Positions 38,521-52,090 of a stretch of 64,000 nt of DNA are shown here, one piece after another. The notes under the pieces were generated by a model. The model did not search any database. It was not told where the DNA came from and saw only the letters and a program-made list of their open reading frames with translations. The stretch comes from Octopus sinensis. Its lineage: Eukaryota. The stretch is from contig NC_043008.1 of NCBI RefSeq assembly GCF_006345805.1, positions 51,522,001 to 51,586,000 on the forward strand, in the 5' to 3' direction. The position numbers and the translations under genes were made by a program. Position 1 is the stretch's first letter. Each line of letters begins with the position of its first letter.

Positions 38521-39722
38521 TGTATGTATGTGCCTCTGTCCCAGCTGTTGGTACATTTTGTGTATAAGGGAGTTTCATTCCACTGCCCCTTCGTCTGTAC
38601 CTCATGTCGGGCTGTCGGTTCATCCAATTCTGTGAAGAGGAAGATGTCTAGTTCTTTTTGAAGATATCTACTTCCACCTTATGCAAATTTCTTAATTTTT
38701 GTGGCAGGGCATTGAAGGGCTGTGAGCCTTTAAACCCTAGACTATTGCAGTACCTAGTCCTGAATTTAGATGGAGTGGACGGTACCTTTGGTACAATACA
38801 ATGGCAGCCAGTTCTGGCATTTGTATAACACTCAATGCCAAAGTTAGATACTAGCCCTTCTAGGATTTTCCATATGTATATTATTGCATATCTCTCATGC
38901 CTTCACTCCAGGGAGTGAAGCTGTAGTTTTCTCAGCTTATCCCTGTAGCTCATCCACTGCACTGTTTCAATTTTTTGGTGTAGTGGCATTGGACTGCTTC
39001 AAACTCTGCTCTTAGTTTGGCACTATATGGGGAGCAGTAGTCCAGGTGGCTGAGAACAAAAGTTCTCCACAGGGTCAACATAGTTTCTTGCTCTCGTCTT
39101 GAAGGATCTCAGTATCCATCCAGCCAGTTGTCTACACTTTGATGCCATCTTGCTAATGTGTTTATAAAATGATGCGTCATTGCACATACTGATCCCCAAG
39201 TCTTTCACTGCCTGTGACCCAGGGATTGTAGTGCCTTCAGATCCTGTACAGTAGATTGTACTGTATTCATGAGCTGATAGTGCAGTACTTGAAATTTTCT
39301 AGCATTAAACTGCATGTTATTTATTTTGGCCCATTTGTATATTGAATTTATGTCCCACTGTAAGCTTGTGACATCATCTTAGTTTTTTATTGCCTGTGAT
39401 ATTTTGTATCATTAGCATAGCTAGTGACAGTGGCTGTCCAAGTAACCGTGGGCATATCTAAGAGGGCTATTATGAACAGTAATAGCCCCAGAACAGTTCT
39501 CTGTGGGACACCACTTAGGATTTGAGTTTCCTCAGAAAGGGAATCATTGGCTGCAAACACCTGACTGATTTTAAGGAAGTCATGCAGCCACTTTCCCAGT
39601 TTACCAGCAACGCCAAGGTCACATAGCTTATGGCTTATCATGCCATGATCCACCTTATTAAATGCTTTTACAAAGCCTAGGTATATCACACTGGCATCAG
39701 AATGGTGAGGGAGCTGTTTCAA
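38521..39722 (-). mobile_element. CR1-like LINE 3' portion (RT to tail)
   Basis: YLGFVKAFNKVDH, SGVPQRTVLG, SYANDTK, DLGISMCNDASF, ...FNALPQKLRNL...DIFKK, then a (CATA/TA)n tail. Confidence 0.85.
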
Positions 39723-39762
39723 AACCTAGTATGTATGTATGTCTGTATGTATGTACATATGT

Positions 39763-39811
<49 letters not shown>

Positions 39812-39814
<3 letters not shown>

Positions 39815-40815
39815 GAAAGTTTCTGTTAGTGTAACTGCTAGAGTAAGAATAGCCTGGGCAAAGTTCAGAGAGCTCTTACCTCTACTGGTGACAAAAGGCC
39901 TCTCGCTCAGAGTAAAAGGTAGACTGTATGACGCATGTGTACGAACAGCCATGCTACATGGCAGTGAAACATGGGCCGTGACTGCTGAAGATATGAATAA
40001 GCTTGCAAGAAATGAAGCCTGTATGCTCCGATGGATGTGTAATGTCAGTGTTCATACCCGACAGAGTGTAAGTGCCTTGAGAGAAAAGTTGAAGGAGCAT
40101 CAGATGTGGTGTGCAAGAGAGACGTCTACGCAGGTATGGACACGTGGTAAGAATGGATGAAGATAGTGGTGTGAAAAAGTGCCACACCCTAGCAGTTGAG
40201 GGAACCTATGGAAGAGGTAGACCCAGGAAAACCTGGGACGAGGTGGTGAAGCACGACCTTCGCTCTTTAGGTCTCACCGAGGAAATGACCAGAGACCAAG
40301 ACCTTTGGAAGTATGCTGTGCGTGAGAAGACCCGGCAGGACAAGTGAGGCCATAACCCATGGCCCCTACCTGGGACGTAGTCAGTCCACCTGTGCATACC
40401 TTCCTTCTTGGGACACATAACTCTACTTGTGAAGACCTGTTGAGGCAAGTGAAAATCAAAAAATCAAATCAAAATTGAAATCGATCAACATCAATGGAAA
40501 TTGTAGTTGTGATACCAGTGCCGGTGGCACATAAGAGAACCATCCGAACTTGGCCATAGCCAGCACCGCATCGACTGGCCTCCGTGCTGGTGGCACGTAA
40601 CAAACATCATCCGATCATGGCCGTTGCCAGCCTCGTCTGGCACCTGTGTTGGTGGCACATAAAACGCACCCACTACACTCACGGAGTGGTTGGCATTAGG
40701 AAGGGCATCCAGCTGTAGAAACACTGCCAGATCTGACTGGCCTGGTGCAGCCTTCAGGCTTCCCAGACCCCAGTTGAACTGTCCAACCCATTCTAGAATG
40801 GAAAGCGGACGTTAA
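39812..40815 (+). mobile_element. RTE LINE 3' fragment with UTR
   Basis: SVTARVRIAWAKFRELLPLL...KTRQDK, near-identical to the corresponding part of 56637-57971. Confidence 0.9.
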
Positions 40816-40834
40816 ACACCCACATATGCTCATG

Positions 40835-40865
<31 letters not shown>

Positions 40866-41971
40866 ACGGACATATGTATATACATTCATATCATGCAGTG
40901 CCAAGTTAAAAGCACCCAGCACACACTGTAAAGTGGTTGGTGTTAGGAAGGGCATCCAGCCTTAGAAACCATGCCAAATTAGACTGGAATCTGGTGCACC
41001 TCATCAGCTTGCCAGTTCCAGTTAAACCGTCCAACCCATACCAGCATGGAAAACAGACGTTAAAGGAACATGATGACGATGAAACAATACAAGATGATCT
41101 TGTGTTGTGTCAAGGTGAAGTATCTTAGAACAAGTATCATGCAATATGATGACAATGAAATAAGTCATAAGTGTTTCATTTGATATCCATTAAATCCTTA
41201 ATTTAGTATAATTGAAATTGAGATTATTATTCATATTGAGATTTGAATGCATAAATCATGTAGAGACAGGCAGAAAGAGAAAAAGTGAAAGAGAGGGAAA
41301 GAAAGAGAAACAAGGAGAGTGAAGTGTCTTGTTCAAGGATATTCTTGCTATAGGATATAAAGCACAAATATGAAATCCCTGATCTGTAGAGTATATAACT
41401 TTCAATAAGTCCTCATGTATGGAGAACAATTGTATAACACATACGATGAACCCACAGGTTAACTGTAAGATTAGGAATGTAGTCTATATCTTAAGATGTA
41501 CTGAGGAATGGTGCAGAAACAAGACAACAGCTTACAGTGATGATACAGCACATAGCATAAGGAAGAAGACAGGCAAACATAGGAGGGAACTCTAAGAGGA
41601 GAAAGATTGTCTGTGCTCTACCAACATGCTCAATTAGAACATTGAGGTTCAGTTAAAACACAGAGGTTAGGATATGATCAATGCATAGAACAGACATGGC
41701 ACTTAGAAAGAATTGAACAAATATTTTAATAGAACCTCACATTTCCTACAAGCTTTCAATTTTTTTTTGTTCCCCTATAAACACAAAATCATTTGAAGTG
41801 TCAAGAATTATAAAAAAACATTTGGTATTATATCAACTGACAAAGGACTCTATCTCTTTTTATCTTTACAGTTTGTAAATACGATAAAAATAAGGAAACT
41901 GATAATGCTCATCTCTAAGAATAGTTGATATAAAAATTGTCAAGAAGATCCACTTCATTCCATATACCACC

Positions 41972-42026
41972 ATGTTATTTCTTTCCTGTTGGAGTATTTT
42001 GGTTTTCATTTGTCTTAATTTTGCAA
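41972..42026 (+). CDS. Secreted repeat protein, coding exon 1 (signal peptide MLFLSCWSILVFICLNFA)
   Basis: accATG start, hydrophobic 18 codons plus 1 nt, GTAAGT donor. An upstream acceptor (tatctttacag, 41871) implies a 5'-UTR intron. The phase-1 end fits the next exon. Confidence 0.75.
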
Positions 42027-42123
42027 GTAAGTTCTTGTTGTTATTTTTATTATTTGTTTGTGAAATCACTGAGTATGGCTGTGTATGATCAAGAAATTTG
42101 TTTCCAGGTCAGTTTCTATTGTA

Positions 42124-43030
42124 TCAGGTCACCCCATAAGTTCTCTCCTAATTTTACCTTTTTTAAAATTGAATTAAATTTAACAGTATTTTAGAATGTT
42201 TAATGGAATTTAAATATATTTTTATGCATTTGTGTACATTTAAACTAATTAAATATTATTTTACAGGATAATAGAATTCAAATTTTTTTGATTAAAACCC
42301 TTTCTAATATGGAAGTATCCAAAGAACATTTGAGGCACATAATGCTTTATGAGTATAAAAACAGGAAACTCTGCAGCCGAAGTGACTCGAAACATACACT
42401 CAGTTTATGGGAAAGAATGCTTGAATGAAAGAACTTGCAGAAGATGGTTTGCAAAATTCAGAAGTGGAGATTTCAGCCTTGAAAATGAAGATCGAATAGA
42501 GGACATCCAGTTGAGTTTGATGATATGCTCTTTGAGGCATTACTTGAAGAAAATCCTGATTATCAGTTGAAGAATTGGCAATAAAGCTTAGTTCAAACCA
42601 TACAACTATTCATCGTTATCTTTAACAACTTGGAAAGGTTCCTAAACTTGGAAAATGGATGCCTCATGAATTGCCCAAAAGCAACCACAAATCTTGACAT
42701 CTGCTCTTCTCCATTCTCGTGAACTCATTTCACCCTTTTTGGATAGACTTGTGACTGGTGACGAAAAATGGATCTTCTATCGAAATGTTAAATGTCGTAA
42801 ACAGCGGCTTGGTAAAAGGGAAAAAGCTCAACCACAGCCAAGAAGGGAACTTCATAGGAAAAAGGTTCTTCTCTCTATCTGGTGGGATTGCAAAGGAGTA
42901 TTTCACTTTGAATTGTTACCGTCTAATGCAACAATCAATGTTCAAGTCTACTGTCAGCAATTAGAGCATTTGAACCAAGCTTTGAAGAAAAAAGACCCGC
43001 CTTAGTGAATCGTAAAGAAGTTATGTTTTA
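42124..43030 (+). mobile_element. Mariner (Mos1/Hsmar-like) 5' portion, intronic
   Basis: TA|tcaggtcaccccataag TIR-like start, MEVSKEHLRHIMLYE, RRWFAKFRSGDFSLE, LVTGDEKWIFY, KVLLSIWWD. Frameshifted and cut by an RTE-UTR insertion. Confidence 0.9.
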
Positions 43031-44279
43031 AAAGTACCCTAGATGCTTGAGAAGACCTGTTGAGTCAAGTAAAACCCAAATCATAACTATGGCCAATGCT
43101 TCCTGACTGGCTTCTGTTCTGGTGGCATATAAAATGCATCCTCCAAACATAGTCGATGCCAGTGCCCCCTGACTGGCTCCCATTCAAGTGGCACGTAAAA
43201 AGCACCATCCATATATGATCAATGCCAGGGCTGCCTGACTGGCTTCCATGCTGCTGGCATGTAAAAAGCACCATCCAAATGTGACTGATGCTAGCTTGCT
43301 GGCAGCATGTAAAAAGCGCTATCCAAATGTAATCAATGCCAGGCCCACCTGAGTGGCTCCTGTGCCAGTGGCATGTAAAAAGCACCCGCTACACTCTCGG
43401 ATTGGTTGGCGTTAGGAAGAGCATCTAGCTGTAGAAACATTACCAGATCAGATTGGAGCTTGGTACAGCTGCTGGCATTCCAAACCTCAGTCAAACTGTC
43501 CAACCCATGCCAGCATGGAAAACAGACATTAAACGATGATGATGATGATGAGGAGGAGGAGGATATAAATAAAGTGCAGATAAACTAGAAAATATTTGTA
43601 AATAAGGATGGTACAAATCCTAAAAACAAACAGTACCTTTCTCTAAGAGATTGGCAGGCAGAAATTTAGCATGATATAATTAATATATGCAAGCCTAGCT
43701 CAGCAGGGCATTGCAGAGCATAAAAACTATAATATTTAAGCAAGCATCAATGGATAACATTGGAAAATTTACTTTCCCTTGTCTTCAATTTAATGATGGA
43801 TGGTCTAGAGGAGAAGAGGAAAACAAAGATGCTATAACAGCCGATGGATTATCATTATCTCCATTTTAGTCTAAATAGCAGTGTCTTTTAAACAGGACTA
43901 AATGAATATAACCAGGAAATGTAGAAGAAGACATTGTACTTAATATGACCTTTTGGTCCTTTTTATTATTTTTTAATTGAAAATGTTGGAATGACCTTTT
44001 ATTTTTGTTTTTGTCCAAAGTATTCCGGAACATTGGTTACTCATTAGTGACTTCAAACTGTCGGCATGAAGGATTCCAAGAAGCAACCCAGTTTGGAAAA
44101 GAAGGATCTGCATGCTTAAAGATCCTTTGAATAATCAGAGATTTAAAGTGTTTAATGAGAAGAAGGAGATACATGAAATATGAGTGGATGTTGTGAAAAA
44201 AATTGATAATAATACAATCAGATTTATGTCTGACTCTTAAAGAAAACATGTTAAGAAAACCATTTTCTTGGGATAAAAT

Positions 44280-44559
44280 TGTAGGATGACGTCAGCAGCT
44301 GGAGAGCTGGCTGGAGCTTGGGGATGACCGGAAGAAGGTGCAGGAGTGACGTGCGCGCAGACAGATGAGGATTGGGCCTTTTCAATCGGGGTAACCGACA
44401 GTGCTGGACGTATAAGCACTTCGACAAGGTAAAGGAAAAGCAGCTGCTATTTTTAGCATTCGGGTCGGGCTACGTGGAAGAGTGCGTTACCACCAGAGAG
44501 GACTGCATCGACGAAGAGAAGGTAGGTGTCTTTACTTCAAATCTCCTGCTTACACCACA
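44280..44559 (+). repeat. 5' LTR
   Basis: tgtaggatgacgtca...ttacaccaca. Confidence 0.93.
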
Positions 44560-47500
44560 AGCTATTTCGGCACTCCACATAAGACATCACCACGATGGCA
44601 GCTAAAATCAGGATCGCCAGCGACGTTATCAGACCCTTTAATGGTGAGGGCGATGTAGTGGCCTGGATGCGTAAAATCAGGCTTGTGGCGAGATTGCAAG
44701 GCATTAGCGATGTGGTGAGCCTTATGGCACTATATTTGGAAGGGAGCGCGTTGACTCTGTATCTCGAGATGGGCGAAGAAGAAAGTCTGAGTGAGGAGAA
44801 GATTGAGCGACATCTGAGAGAGTCTTACACCGAGTGTGAATATACAGCCTTTGTTAAGCTGGGCACGATTAGATGGATGGGAGAGCAGGTGGATGAATAC
44901 GCGATGGGGGTGCGCAGGCTGGCCACACTGGCTGGGTTTACAGGAGAAAGCCTGGACAGAGCAGCGCGACTGGCGTTCGTAAGTGGGTTGCCTGACGATG
45001 TAGGGATTCGACTGCAGCAATTGTCCGGGGGTAAAAAGATGGCGCTGAGTGAACTTGAGACTCAAGCCCGCGTGTTGATGCAAAACACTGGACGGAAGGC
45101 AATAGCGATGGCGGTAACGGAGGAGCATAAAGACGGACGACGGCCGGAGAAAGACGCGAAGAAGCCTACCTTGCAATGACAACGGCCGTTCTCAGGCCGG
45201 TGTTTTAGATGTCAGGGGTCGCACATGGCGAGGAAGTGTATGCAACCAAGGCCCGTCTGCTATCGATGCAGGCAGACAGGGCACATCGCCCGTGATTGCG
45301 ACCAGGGAAACGACCGTGGGGAAGTTGCTGCCTCTCGAACTTTCCCCGCAAACGAGTAGAGATGCTTTTGGAGACGCTGCCCTTAATTGATGTCGAGGCC
45401 GAGGGTAAGTCGTTCAAGGCCCTCGTGGATACAGGTTGCACGACCACCCTTGTGACGAAGAAATGGAATGGGGCAAGTAGCGTCTGGGCGATCGACGGCA
45501 GCGAAATCCGATGCAGCAATGTAGAGATAGTGGTGCGAGGCGCGACGCTAAGGCTGCAGGTAATTGTTGTTGACGAGGTTGATGTGGTAATGGGGATGGA
45601 CGCCATCAACCGCCTCAGTTGTGTCAGTATTGTAGGAGATGTATGTTCGGAAGCGTGGCGGTATTGTGCACTGTGAGTCAGGATCGCCAGAGAGAGCAGA
45701 GCCCCGCGAGGGACTGCGCCGCTTACACCATTAAGGACAAGGATTTTCAGGCGGCGTTCGATGGTCAGCGGTGGACGATAGAGTGGCAATGGAAAGACGA
45801 GCCCCAGATGCTGAAAAACAGGGTGAGCTGCTATCAGCATACCCTGAAAGGCCACGCCGGGGTTGAGTTTGAAGACGAGGTAGAAAGGTGGATCGAGGAA
45901 GGGGTCCTTGTCCCGTGGGAGGTGGAGGTAGTGGGTGGAGTGCTACCTCTGATGTCGGTGGTGCAGCCGATGAAGGGAAAAGTCAGATCAGTACTGGAGT
46001 TTAGAGAGCTAAACGAGCATATATCATGCCACACGGGAGGTGAGGTGACGGACGTTTGTGGCGAGATGTTACATGTGTGGAGACAGTCGACCAAGGCAGC
46101 GACGATTGTCGACTTGAAATCGGCATACTTGCAGCTCCATGTGAGTGACAAACTGTGGCAATATCAGCTGGTGTGGTACAAGGGCCCGACGTACTGTTTA
46201 ACCAGGCTGGATTATGGACTGAATTCCGCTATGAAGATCATGGCGGCAGTGCTTAAGTCCGTCCTAGGGAAAGAGGACAAGATAAGAAAGGCAACCAGTT
46301 CTTACATAGATGACATTTTGGTGGACGAAATTGTAGTGCCAGCCAACGAGGTAGTGAGACATCTGGAGAAGTTCGGACTGATTGCGAAGCCACCGGAGCC
46401 GATGGAAGGGGGAGCTGCACTGGGGCTGAAGCTGTGAAGAGATAGATTGGGTGAGTTGGTGTTCAGGAGAGGAAATGAAATCCCAGAGCTGAGTCCCAGC
46501 GTCAGCAGGAGAGAGCTGTTCTCGGTGTGTGGGAAGTTGGTCAGTCACTACCCGATCGAGGGGGAGAGTTGGGGCGACAAGGTGAGAGAAGGGACGGTGG
46601 TGATGATGCAGGAAATCTTAGAGAGGACAAGAGTGGAAGACCCGGTCAGGGGGAACTGGTATGTGCCCAAGACGGAATGCGGGACCATCTGGTGTGATGC
46701 TAGCAGTATAGCGATAGGGGTTGTGTTGGAGATCGAAGGCGGTGAGGTGGAGGACGTAGCCTCGCTTCGGAAAGCAGATGACTTTAACCACATCAATGTT
46801 GCCTAATTAGACACGGTGCTGAAGGGGGTGAACTTGGCCCTGAAATGGGGGCTGTGCTCAATTGAAATCCGGACGAATTCGGCCACTGTGCTTGTCTGGG
46901 TAGGATCGGTGATCACCGGTGAGAGGAGAGTTCGGACGAAAGGTGCCACGGAGATGTTGATGAAGTGCTGTCTAGGAGTCCTAGGAGAACTGATTGCTGA
47001 GTTCGGACTGAAGCTGATCATGGTTTTCATGCCTTCGGAGAGAAGCAGGGCAGACGCACTGACTATGGTGAAAAGGGCGTGGTTGGAGGAGCTGGAGAAG
47101 GGATAGAGATAGCTGAAAAAAATTAAAAATGGATCGTAAAGAGGACCGTAACTAAATACCACAAGGCATTTTGTCCGTTCAGTGCTGGAATGGAAAGGGA
47201 TAGCTGCAATGTGTCGGTTGGATGACTCCGAACTGAAGAGACTGCACACTAGACATTACTTGGGTGTGGAAAGGACCTTGTATCTCACGAAGAAGATTGA
47301 TGCTGACGTCACTAGGAGAAGCATCTGGAAAGTGGTCGGGAGCTGTGACAGGTGTCAGTCCATTGACCCTGCTTCATGCGGGCATGAGCAAGGAAACCTT
47401 TCGGTGGAGCACAACTGGAAGAGGCTACCTGTGGATGTGATGCACTACCGTCAGGGAATGTATCTCTCCATGGTCGACTGTGGAGGGAGTCGAGAACAGG

Positions 47501-48171
47501 CATTGCTGATGAGATTGCGCAGATTTTGAATGGGATATTTTTGGAGAGGGGTCCTGTCGAAGAACTGCTAATGGACAACGGGGCAGCATTTCATACGGAA
47601 GCGTTGAGGGATATGCTTGACTGGTGGAAAGTGCGTCGCTTGTTCAGAGCAGCGTATAGGCTGAGTGGTAACAGAATCATAGAGAGGCACCAGCGGACAG
47701 TCAAGGCCATAGCGGAAAGAGGGCACATTTCGCCGCTGGAAGCAGTTTTCTGGTACAATATGTCTCCCCGATCTGGACAAGCTGAAGAATCTGTGCTACA
47801 AAGAGCGATATTTAAATATGAATGGAGGTGTCTGAGTAAAGTGCCGGAGTGTTACGAGGGAGAGAAGGGACCTGCTTATGTGAAAATAGGGGAGGAAGTC
47901 TGAGTTAAGCCGCCGAAGGCATGCTGTACGTCTCAATGGAGCAGAGAAACGGTGATAGCGGTCAATTCCAGAAACAACATCTCCGTGGATGGAATGCCGC
48001 GACATGTCTTAGGCCTTCGCAGGATTGTTGCTTTGTCGGATGATGATTGTGGAGAGGAGGAGAATGAGGTGCCTAGCCTGAGAAGTTCTCGATGCGCAAG
48101 GCGCCCTCCCGGTTGGATGGTGGACTTCAATATGAAATAAAGAGAATGTGATCTTTAAGATCAGGGTGGTG

Positions 48172-48434
48172 TGTGGGATGACGTCAGTTGCTGGGGAGCT
48201 GACTGGAAGAAGGGTGCAGGAGTGACGCGTGAGCAAGCAGGGGATGATTGGACTTTTTTGATGGGGTAGCTGACAGTGCTGGACGTGTGAGCGCTTCGAC
48301 AAGGTAAAGGAAAAGCAGCTGCTATTTTTAGCATTCGGGTCGGGCCACGTGGAAGGGTGCGTTACTGCCAGAGAGGTCTGCATCGACAAAGAGAAGGTAG
48401 GTGACTTTACTTCAAATCTCCCGCTTACTCCACA
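48172..48434 (+). repeat. 3' LTR
   Basis: tgtgggatgacgtca...ttactccaca, preceded by a PPT-like aagatcagggtggtg. Confidence 0.93.
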
Positions 48435-48610
48435 AAAATGTGGGAAGAATTCAGATTTTCATGATTATTCAGATTTTTATGTTATTTTTAAAACCAATTC
48501 CAATGTTTTATATGAGTCTTTTTTTATGTAACACTTCACATTATAAAACTTTTTAGATGTTTTGAAAATAAATTGAAATCATTTTCTTCTTTTTTCAGTC
48601 TATTTTGCAG

Positions 48611-48804
48611 ATATCCAGGCCACAAGTTGGGATGTAACAGTTTGTTTTGATACAGCTAACTATTCTTCAATTCGTGTTGCTTTGAACAATAAATATGTCG
48701 ACATATCATATCAAAGCAAACAAAAATGTTTCAAACCCAATTTTGAATTAAACAGTGGAGAAAAGCCAAGTTTTATTAAAGTTAATCCGTATAATAACTA
48801 TGAG
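48611..48804 (+). CDS. Secreted repeat protein, exon 2 (repeat 1 N-part: IQATSWDVTV...NPYNNYE)
   Basis: ttttgcag acceptor, GAG|GTAAGT donor, 194 bp open, phase 1 to 0. Confidence 0.8.
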
Positions 48805-49409
48805 GTAAGTAAATTACAATTACGTGCTGGTGACACATAAAAGCACCCCTACACTCTCGGAGTGGTTGGTGTCAGGAAGGGCATCCAGCTGTAGAAATAT
48901 GCAAAAAGTTTACAAACACATACATACACATACTCGTATGTACACACACACATACATGCATATCTACTTGTACACTTGTATCATCAAAAATTATGCTATT
49001 TTCAAAGAAATAAGCTGAAAATGGTATTTAATAATTGCATTGACACTGCATATGTTCTTTATATTTGAATATAGATTCAGATTCAAAGAGCTTGAAAATT
49101 TTCACCCCTAACAGGATTTGAACTCCTGTCCTTTATTGCTAGTTTTATCTCTGAACTATGTGATTAAAAACTTCTGTCAACTATAAATATTAAATTAATA
49201 AGATGGCTTGAAAAGAAATTATGTGTGTGTGTGTGAGCATGCATGTATGTGTGTGTGCAGGTGCAAGCATCAATCCACAGTAAGAAATTTGCTTCCCAAC
49301 TGCATGGGTTCAGGTTCAGTCCCACTGCTTGGCATCTTGGGCAAATGTCTACTACTAGAGCCCCAGGTCAAGCAAAGTCAAGATTGAACTTGGAAGATGG
49401 AGACTGAAA

Positions 49410-50490
49410 GAACCCAAGCTATGGACACATAAGAGATGCAGCAATATCAAAGGAAGGCTAACTGGGAAGATAGTGTTTGCATGTGGCAGATGCTCAGGAG
49501 CAATAAACACTAAAAACGCGCAGAGAACAACTTCCGTCACATTCCAGGAAGAAAAACTAGAAGTAGTTGATAGTTTCCGTTACCTAGGTGATCAAGTCAG
49601 TAGCGGGGGAGAATGAGCTGAAAGTGTAGCTGCTAGAATAAGAATAACCTGGGCAAAGTTCAGAGAGCTCTTACCTTTGCTGGTGACAAAGGGCCTCTCG
49701 CTCAGAGTAAAAGGTAGACTGTATGACGCATGTATAAGAACAGCCATGCTACATGGCAGTGAAACATGAGCTGTAACTGCTGAGGACATGCGTAAGCTCG
49801 CAAGGAATGAAGCCAGTATGATCTGATGGATGTGTAATGTCAGTGAGCATACTCGACATTGGTCACTTGATATTGTGTCCTTGAAGCCCAACATTCAAAG
49901 ATCATGCTTCACCACCCAGTCCTGTATCTTCCACGGGTTCCCTCCACTGTTAGAGTGTAACACTTCATCACACAGCTGTCCTCATCCATACACATCACAT
50001 GACCATACAGCACAGTCATCTCTCTTGCATACCACATCTAATGCTTCTTATATGCAACTTTACTCCCAGAATGCTTACACTCTGTTGTGTATGCACACTA
50101 ACATTACATATCCAGTAGAGCATGCTGGGTTCATTTCTTACAAGCCTATGCATATCCTCAGCAACTCATGTTTCACAGCTGTATGACATGACTATTTGCA
50201 CACAGGCATCATAAATCTACTTTCACTCTGAGTGAGAGGCCCTTTGTTACCAGCAGAGGTAGAAGCTCTCTGAACTTTGCCCAGCCTATTCTTATTCTAG
50301 CAGCTATGCTTTCAGAACATCCACCTCCACTACTAACTTGGTCACCTAGGCAATGGAAGCTATTGACTACTTATAGTTCTTCCCCCTAGCATGTGATGGA
50401 ATCTAATTTCTGTACATTTATTGCACCTGTGCATCTTCCACATACAAAAACTACCTTCTATGACTTTTCTACAGATCAAGCTGGGTCATC
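49410..50490. mobile_element. Two RTE fragments in opposite orientation (+ 49410-49858, - 49860-50490)
   Basis: Both match the 56637-57971 family over overlapping regions. The minus copy is more diverged. Confidence 0.8.
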
Positions 50491-50875
50491 TGTATAATAC
50501 ACAAACTCATATGCACACATACAAGACACGTACTAAACAGGTGGACACAAATACACACACGCAGATACAGACATAAATGCATGCAAAGATAGGGATACAT
50601 AATACACAAAGACAAAATGGAATAGGCAGGACAAGCAGAGACACATAGGACAAAAAGTCATTAGAAAGGCCACAAAAAGAAGTCTGACAAGTAATAAAGC
50701 TCAAGTGATGATCAAATAAATAGTGTGTGTTCAACTGGAAAAAGGTGACCATCCCCAAATATAACAATATCTGTTTCAACAAACAACTTCACAACAAAAA
50801 TCTTAAAAAACAAATAGATAAACATGTACATACATACATACATACATACATACACATACATACATACATACATAC

Positions 50876-50908
<33 letters not shown>

Positions 50909-51575
50909 CATACATATACACATACATACAAACATGCACGTACACACACACACAAACACACACACACATTTATATATCTTTCAGGCACACATATATATAC
51001 ACAGCACTACTTCCTCTTACCAAATTCACTCACAAGGCTTTGATCAGCTTGAGTCTATAGTAGAAGTCACTCAAAGTGCCTTGGAGTGAGACTGAATATC
51101 GTTTTGTTGACTGCATGGCGATGTCAGTTGCCCAGGCAACTTGGACAAAGCACCTAGTTCATGCTTTGAAGTAGTTGGTGTTAGGAAGAGTATACAGCTT
51201 GAAAGACTATGTCAAAATAGACATTGTAGTTTGATGCAGTCCTTAGACACATTGGATCTGGTCAAACCATCAATCCCATGCCAGCATAAAACATGGATAT
51301 TAAATGATGATTATGATGTTGATGATGATGATAAGGATATACGTATATGTACGTGTATGTATGTGTGTGTTTATGAGCACATGTGTGTGTAGACTAATTC
51401 AAATGATTTTTGGCTGAGAAACAGAGTCCTGGCTGTGCATTATATATGTTTTACCATCATTGTGATCTACAGCATGAGGATAATGATGATGGTCACTATC
51501 ATCATCATCATCATCATCATTAAACTATTCCAAATACAGCATTTTGTTCAACTTTGTTGTATTATTCTATTTTAG

Positions 51576-51660
51576 ACAATTGTTGGAAAACCAGATCATT
51601 CAGAAATATATTTTGGCGAATGCAAGTCAGATTGTTATAAGAAGACAAAATTAGGAAAAT
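51576..51660 (+). CDS. Secreted repeat protein, exon 3 (TIVGKPDHSEIYFGECKSDCYKKTKLGK)
   Basis: tattctattttag acceptor, GTAAGT donor, 85 bp open, phase 0 to 1. T plus GG from the next exon makes Trp. Confidence 0.8.
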
Positions 51661-51719
51661 GTAAGTTTTTGTTTTAGAACTGTTCTTTATTCTTTTCTTT
51701 TTTGCTTTTCTTTCTTTTT

Positions 51720-52090
51720 TAAACTCCAACTTATATGGGAAGGTGGAAGGAATTCTACTGGAAACTGATGTGGCTTGGGTCATGGTGGCTGTTCTCCTGG
51801 GAAGTGGAGAAGTAGCCGTCCTCCAAGCCACAAAAACGGACGGCTCGGTTTGGAGAGGCCAAACATTAGAGCTAATCGTACAGGCAGAAGGGGAGACTCT
51901 AAATAATTTTGCAGAGATGGTATGGATAGGAGACCTGGGGCTGAAAGTGTGGTTGGAGGGCAGGACTCCACGTTGTTTTAAATGTGGCCAAAACGGCCAC
52001 ATTAGAGCACACTGCCCTCTGCAGAAGCAGACAGAAGAAAGGATACTGGAAAAGAAGCAAGAAGAGAAAAAAGGAAGAAAGAGAAGATGA
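51720..52090 (+). pseudogene. L1/Tx1-like LINE ORF1 (gag-like zinc knuckle) fragment
   Basis: KVWLEGRTPRCFKCGQNGHIRAHC followed by a K/E-rich tract. Confidence 0.65.

Larger units (their letters stand above)
44280..48434 (+). mobile_element. Full-length decayed Ty3/Gypsy LTR retrotransposon
   Basis: TG...CA LTRs at 44280-44559 and 48172-48434, TSD aaaat (44275-79 and 48435-39). Gag at 44595 with two CCHC-type knuckles (about 45200-45300), protease LVDTG, RT SYIDD, RNaseH WCDAS, integrase H..H/C..C, DNG and E. Multiple stops and frameshifts. Confidence 0.95.

Noticed and set aside
49410-50490. RTE pair as a single twin-priming inversion
   Set aside because: The two pieces overlap extensively in element coordinates and differ in divergence, so they are two separate insertions.
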